DNA from: Isurus oxyrinchus | Taxonomy: Eukaryota | NCBI GenBank assembly: GCA_026770705.1 | Contig: JANJGN010000059.1 | Span: forward strand, 2,170,001 to 2,234,000 | Length of the DNA: 64,000 bases | Reading direction: 5' to 3' | Part shown: positions 11,296 through 23,800 of the stretch, piece after piece | How the letters are laid out: the number at the start of each line of letters is the position of its first letter | Numbering within the stretch: position 1 is the stretch's first letter | Program-made: the position numbers and the translations under genes | Notes under the pieces: model-generated | Told to the model about the DNA's origin: nothing | What the model saw: the letters and a program-made list of their open reading frames with translations, nothing else | Databases searched by the model: none

Positions 11296-13334
11296 ATGTA
11301 TTCAATCTCATTCTGAAGTTCATCACATAACCAAGGAGAGAGGTTTCCAACTTTCGACCCACCAATTCCTCATGAATCGATTTTAGTTTCAAACCTCGTG
11401 ATTATAGGCTAATTCAAAAGGAATACACCCAGCAGATGCATTAAGAGCAAATCGAATAGAAAATAACAAGAATACAATGCACCTATCCCCATCCTGTGTA
11501 TATGCTCGACTACAAGTCCTCATAATAGTCTTCAAACTTTTACCTCATCTTTCCAAAGCCCCTTGTGATTCAGGATGGTAAACTATTGATTTAAACTGTT
11601 TCATCCACAAAAAAAATGCTTCATTAAATAGCGGTGAGGAGAAATTTCAACCCCAATGTGTTTTATTTCTTTTGGCAAACCATATTTTGTAATAAATTTA
11701 GCCATCTCCTCCACAATTCTCCTTATGTAATATTTAGCAATGATATTGCATCTGGAAACCTTTAGAAACACCCATTACTGCCATCGTGTGATGATTTCCA
11801 CTTTTATTCCAAAAGAGAGGCCCCACAGGATCAATCATGGCCCTGGTAAAATGTTCCTCAAATGCCTGAATTGGAATTCAAGGTGCCTAATTAATCATTT
11901 CTTGTGGTTTCTGTTTCACCTCACATGTGTGGCATGTTCTACAGAATTTGACTCCTTTGCTTATGCCATCCAGGCCCATAAAAATGCTGTTGTATTTTTA
12001 CCTGTCTCCCTAACTCCGAAACATCCCCCATTGAAATGTTCAGAGCTATTCTGAGTATTTCAGTTTTCTATCCAGATAGTGTAAGAATCTGATGCACTTC
12101 CATTCATTTTTCATCCGTTGAAACTGGATAGGGTCTCCAATTCCATATTAATACCTTACCTTTAAGCTAATAACATTGTAGAAACCATTCTGCCTTTGTT
12201 GTCTGAGCAAGCTTTCTGATATAGCTGCTTTATTCGTGTATCCTTTTATTGTAGCTCTACCATCTGAACTGAACAAAACACATCGGTTTCATTCTCTACT
12301 TTCTTGCTCCCTGAACAATTCATCAAATATAGCATCAACTAATTGAACTTCAACAACTTTCCCAAGTGTTTAACTTCCTCTTCTTCCTCTTTCAACCTGT
12401 AAACTTGTGGCTTTTTAGCTGGACAATCTGAAAACAATCCTGGATGGTCTTTTTGCAACACCTCTGTTGAATTCACATCCACAGGCTGCTCGACTACCTT
12501 AGACATCACCCACACGTGTTAACCGCCTATATCATAATCTAATTAAATTTGAAACCTTATAATGAAGATTTTCCACTCTCCAACAATCACATCACTACTT
12601 CCCAGTTGCTTTTTATATTTACCTACAACAATGGAATAGTTTTAGCCTCTCCATTGACCACAGCTCGTATTGCTGCATTTGAATTTTTAATTTACAGGAA
12701 ATTCTGTTTTGTATATATTCTTTTAAAAAATACAGAACTGAAGGGGGTAAAACTTTCCATCTCAGAAAACATTAATTGAAATCTTGGAAAGAAGGAGAAT
12801 TTATCCCACATTTCTCCCCTATTCATAACACATCCATCACGTCTGTCTCCTGTCAGCGCAGGTTCCCCCCACGTGTGACTTCACCCATGACCCCGGTTTC
12901 CTCTGTTACCCCTTGGATCCACCGTCACTTCTGTTTAGCCCCATCACCTCTTTCACTCCTGTCATTCCTGCCTCGCCTCTCTCCGACCTGCAGTTTTTGT
13001 TATTTAATCTCTAATTCCTTTCATTGTATCCAAGGTCATCCCTTTAGTTATTTCAGGTCTATTTATATAAATACACCACTGGATGCCGTTCTATATCTCA
13101 CTAACTCCTGATGATTACCTTGCCACCAGCCTCATTAATAATGCATTGCTTGTTTCCCTTCCTGCAGTGAACTCAGTTATGATTTTGGATTTCCAACATC
13201 CACAGTTTTTTGTTTTTATCAGTTATGATTGTAGTTTTCAAGTGCAAAAATTGAGGGTTCTCCAAATGTTTTACTTGACAACTAGTGGCCATGGCAGTGG
13301 TGTATCTACTAGCCATTTTATTGCATCTGCTATG

Positions 13335-14167
13335 GCAGAGAGAGAGAGAGGATGTGATGAGATCCAGACTGAGGAAGACGCAAAGAGAGATTTAGAGAGA
13401 CAGAGAGAGAGAAACAGTGACAGAGAGAAAGATAGTACTATACTGACAAACACACACATACTTGGAAACACACACACAAAGAGAGAAAGGGAGAGAGAAA
13501 AATAGAGGGAGGTGGGAATGAATGAAATGGAGAGAGGCAAAGTAGAAGGGAGATAGAGAAAGAGAAGGAGGAAGTGCCAAAAACAGCAACGAGAGAGAGA
13601 GAGAGGGAGAAATACATAGAGAGAGAAAGAAATAGAGAGAAAGAGAGAGAGAGATGGAGGGGCGGGAGGAGAGAGAGTTCAAAAAGGGTGAGAGCGAAAT
13701 AGATTCCTGGAGAGAGAGAATGTGCGAGAGATCGAGACACACACGTATTCATAAATGCGCAGAATCACACAAACACAGAGAGAGTGAAAGAGAGAAAGAC
13801 AGAGGCAGAGGCAGCCATAGAGATAGAGAGTGAAAGAGTGGGGGAGGAAGAGAGACAGAGAGAGACACATAGAGAAATACAGAGATAGAAAGAGCAATAA
13901 AGAGGCAGAAAGGCAGAGTGAGAGAGAGAGAGAGACAGAGAAGAGAGGGATAGAGAGAGGTGAGATGGAAAGGGGAGAGAGTTGGAGAGTAATAAAGGTA
14001 GAAAGAAAGATAAAGGGACAATGAGAGAGAGAGAGAGAGAAAGAGATAGAGAGACAGTGAGAGTGAGAGAGAGAGAGAGACAGAGCCAGGGAGAAATAAC
14101 CAATACGAATTTTAATGAGATAGGGAGGCACAGAGACAGAAAAAAGCACAGATATACACATAGACAT

Positions 14168-14242
<75 letters not shown>

Positions 14243-16720
14243 CAGAGAAGGTGAGAAAGCAAGAGAGCCGAAGAGACTCAGAGACTGTCTCAGAGACAAA
14301 GTGTTAGTGAACAAGAGAGGCAGAGAGAAAAGGGCGGATAAAGTAGGCAGAGAGATGGACAAAGACAGAGAGGGACGGGGCTGTCATAGACATACGCATA
14401 GGGAAACACACAGGGAGAGGCAGGGTTAAGAAATATAGTCAGAGGCACAGATAAAGTGAGATAGATGAAGAGAGTGAGGGAGATCGACAGAGTGAGAGGG
14501 GAATAGACAAAGAGAAGTGGACAGAGATAGGAAGGCAAACAAAGAAAGAGTGTGAAAGAGATAGAGAGAGAAGTAGTGAGAAAGTGAGAGAAAGAAAAAG
14601 GGAGATAGGGAGAAATTGAAATAGGCAGGGTGAATGAGTGAGATGGAGAGAGACAGGTGGGGGAAGAGAGATAGAGATAGAGGGAGAGGAGGACAGAGAG
14701 AGAGAGAGGCAGAGAGAGAGAGAGAAAGTTGAAGAGACAGGGAGAATGAGTGGATGGAGAGAGGGACAGATGGACACAGGGAGAAAGCAAAATGGGGAGA
14801 GGAAAGGCAAGAGTCACAGAGAGAGAGAAAACGACAGAGGTGGACAGAAAGCAAAAATCAGCTAGAGAGGGAGAGAGAGTTAGAGAGAAAGACAGAGCAA
14901 GGGACAGAAATGAAGGGATGGAGGAGGTGAGAGACAAAGAGACAGAGGGAGAGAAGAGAAAATGAGGCAGAGGCAGAGGAAGCGACAGAGAGGGAGAGAG
15001 AGAGAGAGAGAAATGAAGAGAGACCAAGAGAGGCAAATGGAGGCTGAGAGAAAGAGAGAAAGAGATGCAGAGAGGGGAAGAGAGAGATAGAGGAATGGAA
15101 AGCGAAGAAGAAGAGAGAAAAAGGCAGAGAGAGAGAGACAGAGAATGCGAAATAGGAGGGGTGATGAAGAATGAAAGGGAAAGGGAGGCAGATAGATATA
15201 TAGAGTAGATAGAGAGATAGAGCGATACATAGATAGGTAGATTGGTAGGTAGTTAGATTGATAAATGGATAGATAGATAGATAGATAGATGGTTAGATAG
15301 ATAGAGCGATACATAGATAGATGGATAGATAGACAGGCAGACAATAAAATAGGGGGAGAGAGAGAGAAAGAGGCAGAGACATTGCAAGAAATAGAGAGGG
15401 AGATCGAATGAGATGGAGAGAAGCTCCAGTTGGAGACAGAAAGAGAGAGACAGCTGGACAGAGAGAGATCGAGGCAGGGGACGAGAGAGAGAGCAAGAGA
15501 AGGAGATAGAAAGAGAAAGGGAGAGATAGAGAGATAGAGATAGAAAGGAAGAGAAAGAAAGTTGAAGAGGCACACAGGGAGAGTAAGTGGAATGGATAGA
15601 GAGAGACAGAAGAAGATAGTGGGAGAACGAGAAGTAGGAAAGGGAGAGACAGACAGACACAGAGATAAAAAGAGACAGAGGGAGACAGAGGGCATCAATC
15701 AGCGAGAGAGAGTGAGTGAGAAGGAGATAGAGAGATAGATGGGTGGAGAGAGTAAGAAAGAAACAGAGGGAAAAAGGGACAGAGAGAGTGAGAGCAAGGT
15801 TTACGCAGAGACATAGAGGGACACTCTGAGAGACAATGGGACACAGAGAGAAGGCGAGAGGGGGATAGAGAGAGGCAGAGACTCAAAATCGGAAAAGATT
15901 AGGAGACAGGGAGAAAAGGGGGACTGTGCAAGAGAGACAAAGAGAATACAGCAGAGAGTGTCTGTGTGTGTGTGTGAGAGAGAGATTGAGAGACACAGAC
16001 AGAGGGAGGAAGACAAAAAGTGGGAGTGAACGAGATAGATAAATTGAGTTAATGTGTGTGGGAGAGGGGATGAGAGTGAATGGAAGAGAGGAAACGATAC
16101 AAAGTGAGAGACAGACAGTGAATTAGACAAAGGGGGACTTATTGAGTGAGATAACGAGGCAGAGAGATGAAGAGAGATGGACAGATTTAGAAATGGAGGG
16201 AGGCAGAAAGTGAGAGTGATGGAGGTAGATAAATTGAGTGAGTGTGTGAGAATGAAAGAGAAAGAGAGTGAAAGGGATGGCGAGAGAGAAAGAGAAATTT
16301 ATGCACAGTGAGAGTCAAGCAGTGAATTGAACAAAGGATGACTTATTGAGCGAGACGAGGAAAGACAGAAATAGAGAGATTTATAGAGAAAGAGAGAGAG
16401 AGTGAAAGAAGGGGCAGGGGAGAGATAGCTTGGAGGGAGAGAGAAAGCAAGACAGAAAGAGACAGAGTGAGAGAGGAGAGAGAGAGAGAAAGGGAGATAT
16501 AGATTGAAAGGGTAAGGGAGATAGATCGATAGATAGATTGGTAAATATATGGATTTATATATATATATATATATATTGTATATATATATATTGAGAGAGA
16601 GAGAGAGAGTGGACGGGAGAAGAAGAGAATGAGAGGGAAGCAAACAAGTTCGGTTGAAGAATAATGGAGAGGGAGCGAATGCGTGAGATGGAGAGAGATA
16701 CAGAGAGCAAGAGACAGTCG
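13335..16720. repeat. ~3.4-kb GA-rich polypurine low-complexity tract with (CA)n, (GATA)n and (AT)n islands
   Basis: Visible composition; (CA)n ~14170-14238, (GATA)n ~15190-15330, (AT)n ~16555-16590. Confidence 0.95.
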
Positions 16721-17197
16721 CATTTGATTCAGGTGTGGAATAATGTTTTGGGGCAGTTTAAAAAGTGCCTGACATTTTATTCATTATTTTTTGTGATGAA
16801 TTGCCAGCCCTCATCCATTTTAATCGGATAACTGAATGTTTAGAGTTAAAGAGGGCAGTAACTTCCCAAAGAAGCATTAAACAGAGTGGAGGAAGGCACT
16901 CTAACATTTGGAATTTCATGAATGAGTGGTAGCCCTCAAGTCAGTAAAACCACTAAAACAACATGATGCTGAGAGATGGGACTGATGGTATATTCCCTGT
17001 TTGATTACAGCTGCTGTTTTTATTAGTTAATTAATGTGATCAGTAGAAACATGTATTTGTAACATGGCAGCTCCATCTAAAAATCAACATATTCTTTCAC
17101 TGAAATCAAAATCATAATTTGTTTCTTCATATTTAAAGAAATAATAATAATTTGAACAATGTTGCAATTACAACATCCCTGAGGTGATCCCACAGGG

Positions 17198-17203
17198 TAT
17201 AAA
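17198..17203 (+). promoter_or_regulatory. Putative TATA box of GPCR gene A
   Basis: TATAAA ~90 bp upstream of the ATG in 'tcccacagggtataaattaaaggctttgggaatgtatcacctca', identical in gene C. Confidence 0.7.
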
Positions 17204-17289
17204 TTAAAGGCTTTGGGAATGTATCACCTCAATATTTAAGACAGAGGGATTGCCAGCAGCTCAAAGGGACACATCACTTCACACTGAAA

Positions 17290-17356
17290 ATGCATCGTCC
17301 AATTTACATGGTTCAAAAAATTTTCTACCCAGTCCTTGCTGTTATTGGTGTTCCTG
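17290..17356 (+). CDS. GPR139/GPR142-like GPCR gene A, exon 1
   Basis: MHRPIYMVQKIFYPVLAVIGVP+g followed by a GTAAGT donor (phase 1); joins exon 2 in frame to complete TM1 (GVP-VNLLGIVIL); homologous exon in gene C. Confidence 0.9.
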
Positions 17357-17659
17357 GTAAGTGACTATAACCATTGAATATGTGGAAATCAGTGCGTGAG
17401 CGGCTCTTTCATTTTAAACTGTGACCGAAAATATTATGTGCTGATCTAGTGCTCACTGTTATAGGTTAATTAATTAGGTTAATTAAAAAGTCTTGAAATA
17501 TCTCTGTAGCATTATTTTACTCTTAAATGAAAATCAACCTTTGTGTGTAACTCACAGGTTCTCTGATGAATTAAATCCTGGTATTGAGTGGTATATCGTG
17601 TAAGGTTAAATTAGACCTCAGTGCAGGCAAACTCTCTGAAGGAAGCTTTTGGGTGTGAA

Positions 17660-18110
17660 AGGGGAAACTCACACTGAGTGTGGGACACCAACCAGGGTGT
17701 GATACCTTTTCCCAATGACAATATATTTTTGGGTGCATATGTTAGTGTAGAATTTTACTCAGTGTGGGTCACTAAACAGAGTTGAGTCCAGTCAACATGT
17801 ATTACTGGGAATACCTCTGAATTGGGAATTGTACTGAGTGAGGGTCACTAATCAGAGTCGAGTACCTGGCCCCAGACACCACTTTTTACTGAGAGTACCT
17901 GTCAGTGCCAAGCTGTACTAAGTGTGGGCCAGTCACCTGATTGGAATAATGATCAATCACCATTTATTACTGGGTATATCTTTCAGTGCAGAATTGTATT
18001 GAATGAAGGTCACAGAGCAGAATGGAATGCCTGATCCAAAAGATAATGTATTACTGGGGGTATTTGTCAGTGTAGAATTGCACTGACTGTGGGTCAGTAA
18101 GTGGAATAAA
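17660..18110 (+). repeat. Degenerate ~84-bp tandem repeat (6 units) in intron 1 of gene A
   Basis: 'gaattgtactgagtgtgggtcac'-like cores at ~17678, 17762, 17838, 17922, 18003, 18087. Confidence 0.75.
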
Positions 18111-18399
18111 ATAAATTGGTTCTATTTGGGAATCATGTGTGATTTTATTGGTGAGTGATATCGCCATCCCATGGAGGGGTATCTGTGTTTTACCATTTGT
18201 AGAGTTTAACAACAGGAAGCGTCTTTTTGTTGCTGGAAGACACTTGGAAATGAGTTTATGAAGTTCAATTAATGAATGTCACTCCACTTCTATTGAATTG
18301 CTGCAAGAAAAATAGATGCCAACTGGTTTCTGCCATTTAAGCAATCCGAAAGCACTCTTACATGGTTCCAAACCTCATTGTGTTGTTTCATTTTAATAA

Positions 18400-21300
18400 G
18401 ACAATAATACGTAGAAGCAGAAGTAGGTAATTACACACATGGAGCCCGCTGCACCATTCAATGAGATCATGGCTGATCTGATAATCCTCAACTCCACTTT
18501 CCTGCCTTTTCCCCATAACCCTTCATTCCTTACTGATTAAAATTCTGTCTATATCAGCCCCAAAGAGACGTAACGACCAAGACCCTACAGCCCTCAAAGT
18601 GAAATAATTCCACAGATTCACTCCCCTCTGAGAGAAGAAATTCCTCCTCATCTCAGCATTAAACAGGCGGCCCTTTTACTCTGAAATAATGCTGTATGGC
18701 CTTGGGCTCACCGAGAAGTGGAAACAACCTCTCAGCATGTATGCTATTAATCCCCCTAAAACATAAGGAAGTAAGAACTAGGAGCAGGAGTAAGCAATTC
18801 AGCCCCTTGAACCTGCCCCGCTGTTCATTACCATGATGGCTGATCTCAGTTCGGCCTCAAATCCAATTTCCCTCCCTCTCCCCATAACCTTTCAGCCCAT
18901 TACTAAATAAATATCTGTCTACCTCCTCCTTAAATTTATTCAGCATCCAGGCATCCACTGCAATCTAAGGTAGTGAATTCCAGATTCACTATCCTTAGAG
19001 AAAAATAATTCCTCCTCATCTCTGATTCAAATCTACCGCCCCTTTCACTAAATCTATGCCCTCTCATTCTAGAATGCCAAAGAAGGGGAAACATTCTCTC
19101 CACGACTACTTTGTGTATCCCCTTTAGCATATCATATACCTCAATTCGATCTCCTCTCATCCTTCTAAATTTTGAATCTTATATGCTTCAATAAGGTCGC
19201 TTATCATTCTTCTGGAATTCAATGAGTTCAGATCCATTCTACTCAAACTCTCTTCATAAGAAAATTCCTCCATACCCAGGATTAATGAGGTGACCCTCCT
19301 GTGGACTGCCTCCAAAGCCAGTTAATCATTCCTTAAATAGGGAACCAAAATTGTTCCTGGCACTCTAATTGTGGTCTAGATAGAGCTGTGTATAAGTTTG
19401 GCCAGAGTCGAAGGGTCATGAGGACTCGAAACGTCAACTCTTTTCTTCTCTGCTGATGCTGCCAGACCTGCTGAGTTTTTCCAGGTTATTCTGTTTTTGT
19501 TTTGGATTTCCAGCATCCGCAGTTTTTTTGTTTTTTTCCCTATATTTATGCTCTCATCCTTTTGAAATGAATACCAACATTTTATTTGCCTTCCCTGTTA
19601 CTTGCTGAGCTTGTGTGCTAGCATTTTGATATTAATGTAAGTGGTCTCCCAAATCCTTTTTTGTTGCAGCTATCTGCACTCTTTCTCTATTGAATAATAT
19701 TCAGCTTCTCTTCTCTTCCTGCCAAAGTGCATAAATTCATATTTCCCCACATCGTGTGCATCTGCCAAGTATTTGCCCACTCACCTAATCATTCCACATC
19801 CCACTGTATACCTTTTGTGTCATACTCAACATTGACCATTGCAAAGATTGTTGTGTTATCCGAAAACATGGCGATGATATATTCCATTCCCCATCCACGT
19901 CATTAAAATATATTGTAAAGAAGTATGGCTGCAGCACTGATCTTTGTGGAAATCCACTAGTTACAGGTTACCACCCTGAAAATGCCTCTCTTACCCCAAC
20001 TCTCCATCTTCTATTAGGTAGCCACTCCTCTATCCAGTCTAGTACACCACCCCATCACCATGGGCTCTTATTAAATAGCCTTATGTTCGGTACCTGATCA
20101 AACACTGTTGGGAAAATGAAATATATTACTTCAACCGGTTGTTCTTTATCCATCATGCTTGCTACCATCTGAAATAATTCTAATTAAATCTCCAGGCATG
20201 AATTCCCCTTCATGAAACCATGCTGACTCTATTTGATTATATTATGCAGTGCTAATGTTCTGTTGTTACATTCTTTATTAAACATTCTTACATATTCCCA
20301 ATGACAGGTGTTTATTTAACTGGAATATAGTTACCTGATTTTTGGGTCCTGCACTTTTTGCATAAGGGTGTTTAATTTGGCAGATTTGAAATTTTCTTGG
20401 ACTTTTCCATAGCATAAATATTTTTGGAGGATCACTACCAGTGCATCCACTATTTGCTTCATGCTTCGTTTCATGCTCTAGGATGCAACTCATTCGGTCC
20501 GGGGGACATAAGCGCTATTGGCCCCAAGAATTGCATGACTACCTCGTCACCAGTGAGACTTGTATTATTTCCTCCCCCCATGTTTGCCATTGATTATTAA
20601 GTGTTTCTGGAATGCCATTAGTGTTTTCTACCGTCAAGAGAGATGCAAAGCATTTATTCAACTCCTCTGCCATTTCCTGGTTCCCATTGTTATTTCACCA
20701 ACCTCATTTTCTAACCGGCCTGTGCTCACTTCTGCCTCTCTCCTTCTTTTCATATATTTAAGTAAGCTTCTTCTGTCCGTTTTTTTCATTACTTGCGCTG
20801 TTACGCTCACTGTTTATTTTCTCCCTCTTTCTTATATTTTTGTCATATTTTGTTGGCTTTTATGACTTTCCTATTCCTCTGGCTTACCACTAATCTTTGC
20901 CATGTTGTAGCTTTTTTTTTAACTTTTAGCTTGATTCCAACCGTAACTGCCGTGGTTAACCGCAGTTTGTTTGTTCCTTCCTCGAATCCTTCTTCCTCAG
21001 TGGTATATGTCTTAGTTGCGAATCATGTACTATTTACTGAAATGTCTGCCGTTGTGCATGTCATGCCTTTTCTACGAAGCCCCTTTCCCATTCCAGTCCA
21101 GTCAACTCTGCTCTCAATCCTTTGTAATAATGTTTGATAATTTAGCACAGTTGTTTCCAACCCAAGTTCCGAATACTACTCGCTAGAGGTAAAGAGGCAT
21201 CAATTTTGACTTTGTACAATTATCTCCTTTTGACCGTATTTGCTGTATTTCCTGATGTCTGTAAGCTCTGCCTCTTCTTCTCTCACTTTGGGTATTGTGA

Positions 21301-22400
21301 CCTAAAATTCTGTCCTGCAAAGCTGCCATCTCTTTTTGCATTGGAAGCCTGTGTAACCCCTCCCCAGAACACCGCCACCTTTATTAGCTTAAAACCTTCT
21401 CGGTTATTCAATTCGCCAGGACACTGGATGCAGCATGTTTCAGGTGAAGCCATTCCCACCGGAACAGTTCCCTTCTACCCGAATGCTGTTGCCAGTGCCC
21501 CATGAACTGAAACTCATTCTTCACCCACCAGGCTGTGTGCCCGGCATTTAACTGTTTACTTGATTTATCCTATACCAGTTTGTGCCTGGCTCTGGTGGTA
21601 ATCCCAAGATTCTTACCTTAGATTGTTTTTTTAATGTGGCTTCTAACTTTTTGCATTCTTTCAGGATAACACATTTTCTAATAATGACCATATCCTTTGC
21701 ACCTATGTGGACAATGGCAATATATCCCTCCCCTCTCTTTAGATGCTTTTCTCTAGCCCTGTGGAGATGTCCTTAACCCTGGCAATGAGCACGCAACACT
21801 GCCTTCAGGGCTCACGCTCAGGGCAGAAGAGAACAGTCTGTATCCCAGTAATTATATTGTCATCTACCTCTAGTATGCTCCTAATTTCCCCCCTATCCCA
21901 CCCCACATGATTGGCAAGGTGGCATGGTCAGTTCGCTCATCCTCCCAGCAGTCCCGGCTCAACTCCACAGAGTTCGCAAGAACCTGGCAACTGTTGGACA
22001 ATTGCGGGTGTTGAGACTCTTCAGGCATTGGCTCCACATAGCTGCTTAGCCTGAGTTCACACCATCGTGTCCCTGATCACTGATCAAATTTCAATTAGTT
22101 AATCTGAGAGGCGTGACCAACTCCTTGAGCAAAATGTCCAGCTAGTCTTCTCCCTCCCTGATATGAAGCAACGTCTGCAGTTCAGGCACCAGCTCCTTCA
22201 ATCGGATCCGACGTTCCTCCAGCTGCAAGCTCTTATTACAGATGTGTGCGCTCTCAATGACCTTGGTGTCCAGCAGCAACACACCAGCCGTCCTGTACTG
22301 CTATCGTCTTTATTTAATTAATTAATTACTCTAGTATCCGTGTACAGCACAGTTGAAGAATCCCCCGCTCTTTGCACCTTTTTCTTTTTTCTTTTGCTTT
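18400..22400 (-). mobile_element. Nested, decayed CR1 LINEs (3' ends, RT region, ORF1 esterase region)
   Basis: Two 3' ends (~18405, ~18760), ORF 18936..19160 MRGDRIEVYDMLKG..RRNYFSLRIVNL, RT remnants 19600-20500, ORF1-like remnants 21400-22280. Confidence 0.8.
19407..19537 (+). mobile_element. Short Penelope pLTR-derived insertion in CR1
   Basis: gtcgaagggtcatgaggactcgaaacgtcaactc...cagcatccgcagtttt, nearly identical to 4718-4848. Confidence 0.92.
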
Positions 22401-22614
22401 ACACACCAGCATCCAACTTCTGCTTAAGAAGCTATTGTTAACGGAAAATAGAGAGAGAAGAAAGACTAAAGATCTAAACACAAGCTGAAGATATTACTTA
22501 CACTTTAAAGCTAACTGATATGCACCAATCAGCTGCCCTCCGGGCTGTTGTCCATCTCGTGTTCCTTTAAAATCTATTGCTTCTCCCTCCACGCCCTTTA
22601 ATGGCCCCTCCTTA

Positions 22615-23520
22615 AAGGAGGACACAGAATTAAGTAAGAAGACGAGTGCTGAATATGATACAAATAGTCTACAGACGGATTGAAATAGGCTCAGTGAGAG
22701 GGAAAAACTTGGCATATGGAATATAATGTGGGAAGATATGAGGTTATGCACTTTGGCAAGAAGAATAGAGGTGCTGAATATGATGTGAAGGAAGAAGAAC
22801 TGCAGAAATCTGCAGCACAGAGGAATTTGCAAGAATCCATAAGAGCTAACATACAAATGCAGTGGGTAATAGGGAAGGCAAATGGAATACTGGCCTTTAT
22901 TTCAAAAGGGATGGAGTATAAACATAGGCAAACCTTTCTAAGACTACACAAGGTATTAGTTGGACCACATCTAGGATCCTGTGAACAGTTTTGTTCCCTT
23001 TATCTAAGGAAAAATATATTGACATTGGAGGCAGCCCAGATAATGTTCACTAGGTTGATCGTAGGTATGGAGGGATTTTCTTATTTCTAGAGATGGAGTA
23101 GGTTGGGCTTGTGCCCATTGGAGTGCAGAAAGTTGGGAGGAGATCGAATTGAAGCATCAAAGATCCTTATGGAGCTTCACAGGGTGAATGCTGAGATGTT
23201 GATTCCTCTTGTGGGAGAGCCTAGGAGCAGAGTGCATGATCTCAGATTACGGAGACGTCCATTTAAGGCAGAGCTGAGGAGGAATTTCCTCCCTCAGAGG
23301 GTAGTGAATCTTTGCATTGTTGTCTTCTGAGGGGGGTAAAGGCTGGGGCGTTAAATCTATGCAATACTGAGATGGGCAGATCTTTAATCTGTAATGGAAC
23401 TGAGGTTTATGAAGACAAGGGCTGAATTTAGAGTTGAGAATTGTGAATCAGCCATGATATCATGGAATGGCGGTGCAGATCCTTCCAGCTGAATGGCCTA
23501 CTTCTGCTCATAGGTCTTAT
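22615..23520 (+). mobile_element. CR1 ORF2 3' fragment
   Basis: MEYNVGRYEVMHFGKKN, IGKANGILAFISKGMEYK, RRNFLPQRVVNL. Confidence 0.88.
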
Positions 23521-23559
23521 GGCCATTTGGTCTGATGCTCTGTCCTCTCTCTCCACTCT

Positions 23560-23800
23560 GATGAATGATCTCCTGCTTCTCTCTCCACGCTCTCTAATGG
23601 CCTCTCACTCTCGTCACAATGCCTTACCGCTAATAGCCCCGCTGCTTCTCTCGCAATCTCTCGCTTTCAGTTACACCGCTCCTCATCTCACACTCACTGT
23701 TAATGGTCCCACTATTCCTCTTGCACTCTCTCATTATTAAAGGCCCCACTGTTTCTCACCATCTTTCACCATTAATGGCCCCGCTGCTCCTTTTGCACTC
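23560..23800. repeat. Degenerate minisatellite related to the 37-bp repeat at 57470-57705
   Basis: Repeated 'taatggccccgctgctnctc' cores, the reverse complement of 'gagaagcggggccatta'. Confidence 0.65.

Larger units (their letters stand above)
8462..12780 (-). mobile_element. Decayed Gmr1-type Gypsy LTR retrotransposon (INT-RT-RNaseH order)
   Basis: Minus-strand peptides: integrase AFEEHFTRAMIDPVGPL (~11820-11870) and VYHPESQGALER (~11550-11585); RT DSYPIPLLDDC (~10510-10545), VMPFCLKN, AVYIDDLIVFS (~10260-10292); RNase H LAVDAKDVLIRAVLCQED (~9780-9840). Confidence 0.88.

Noticed and set aside
13108-13220. Hammerhead at 'ctgatga' upstream of a pLTR-like tail
   Set aside because: No stem II or GAAA follows.
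13271-16723. Many long Leu/Ser- or Arg/Glu-rich ORFs (also 45834-47590, 49661-50130, 62159-63953)
   Set aside because: Artefacts of GA/CT/CA low-complexity sequence that lacks stop codons.
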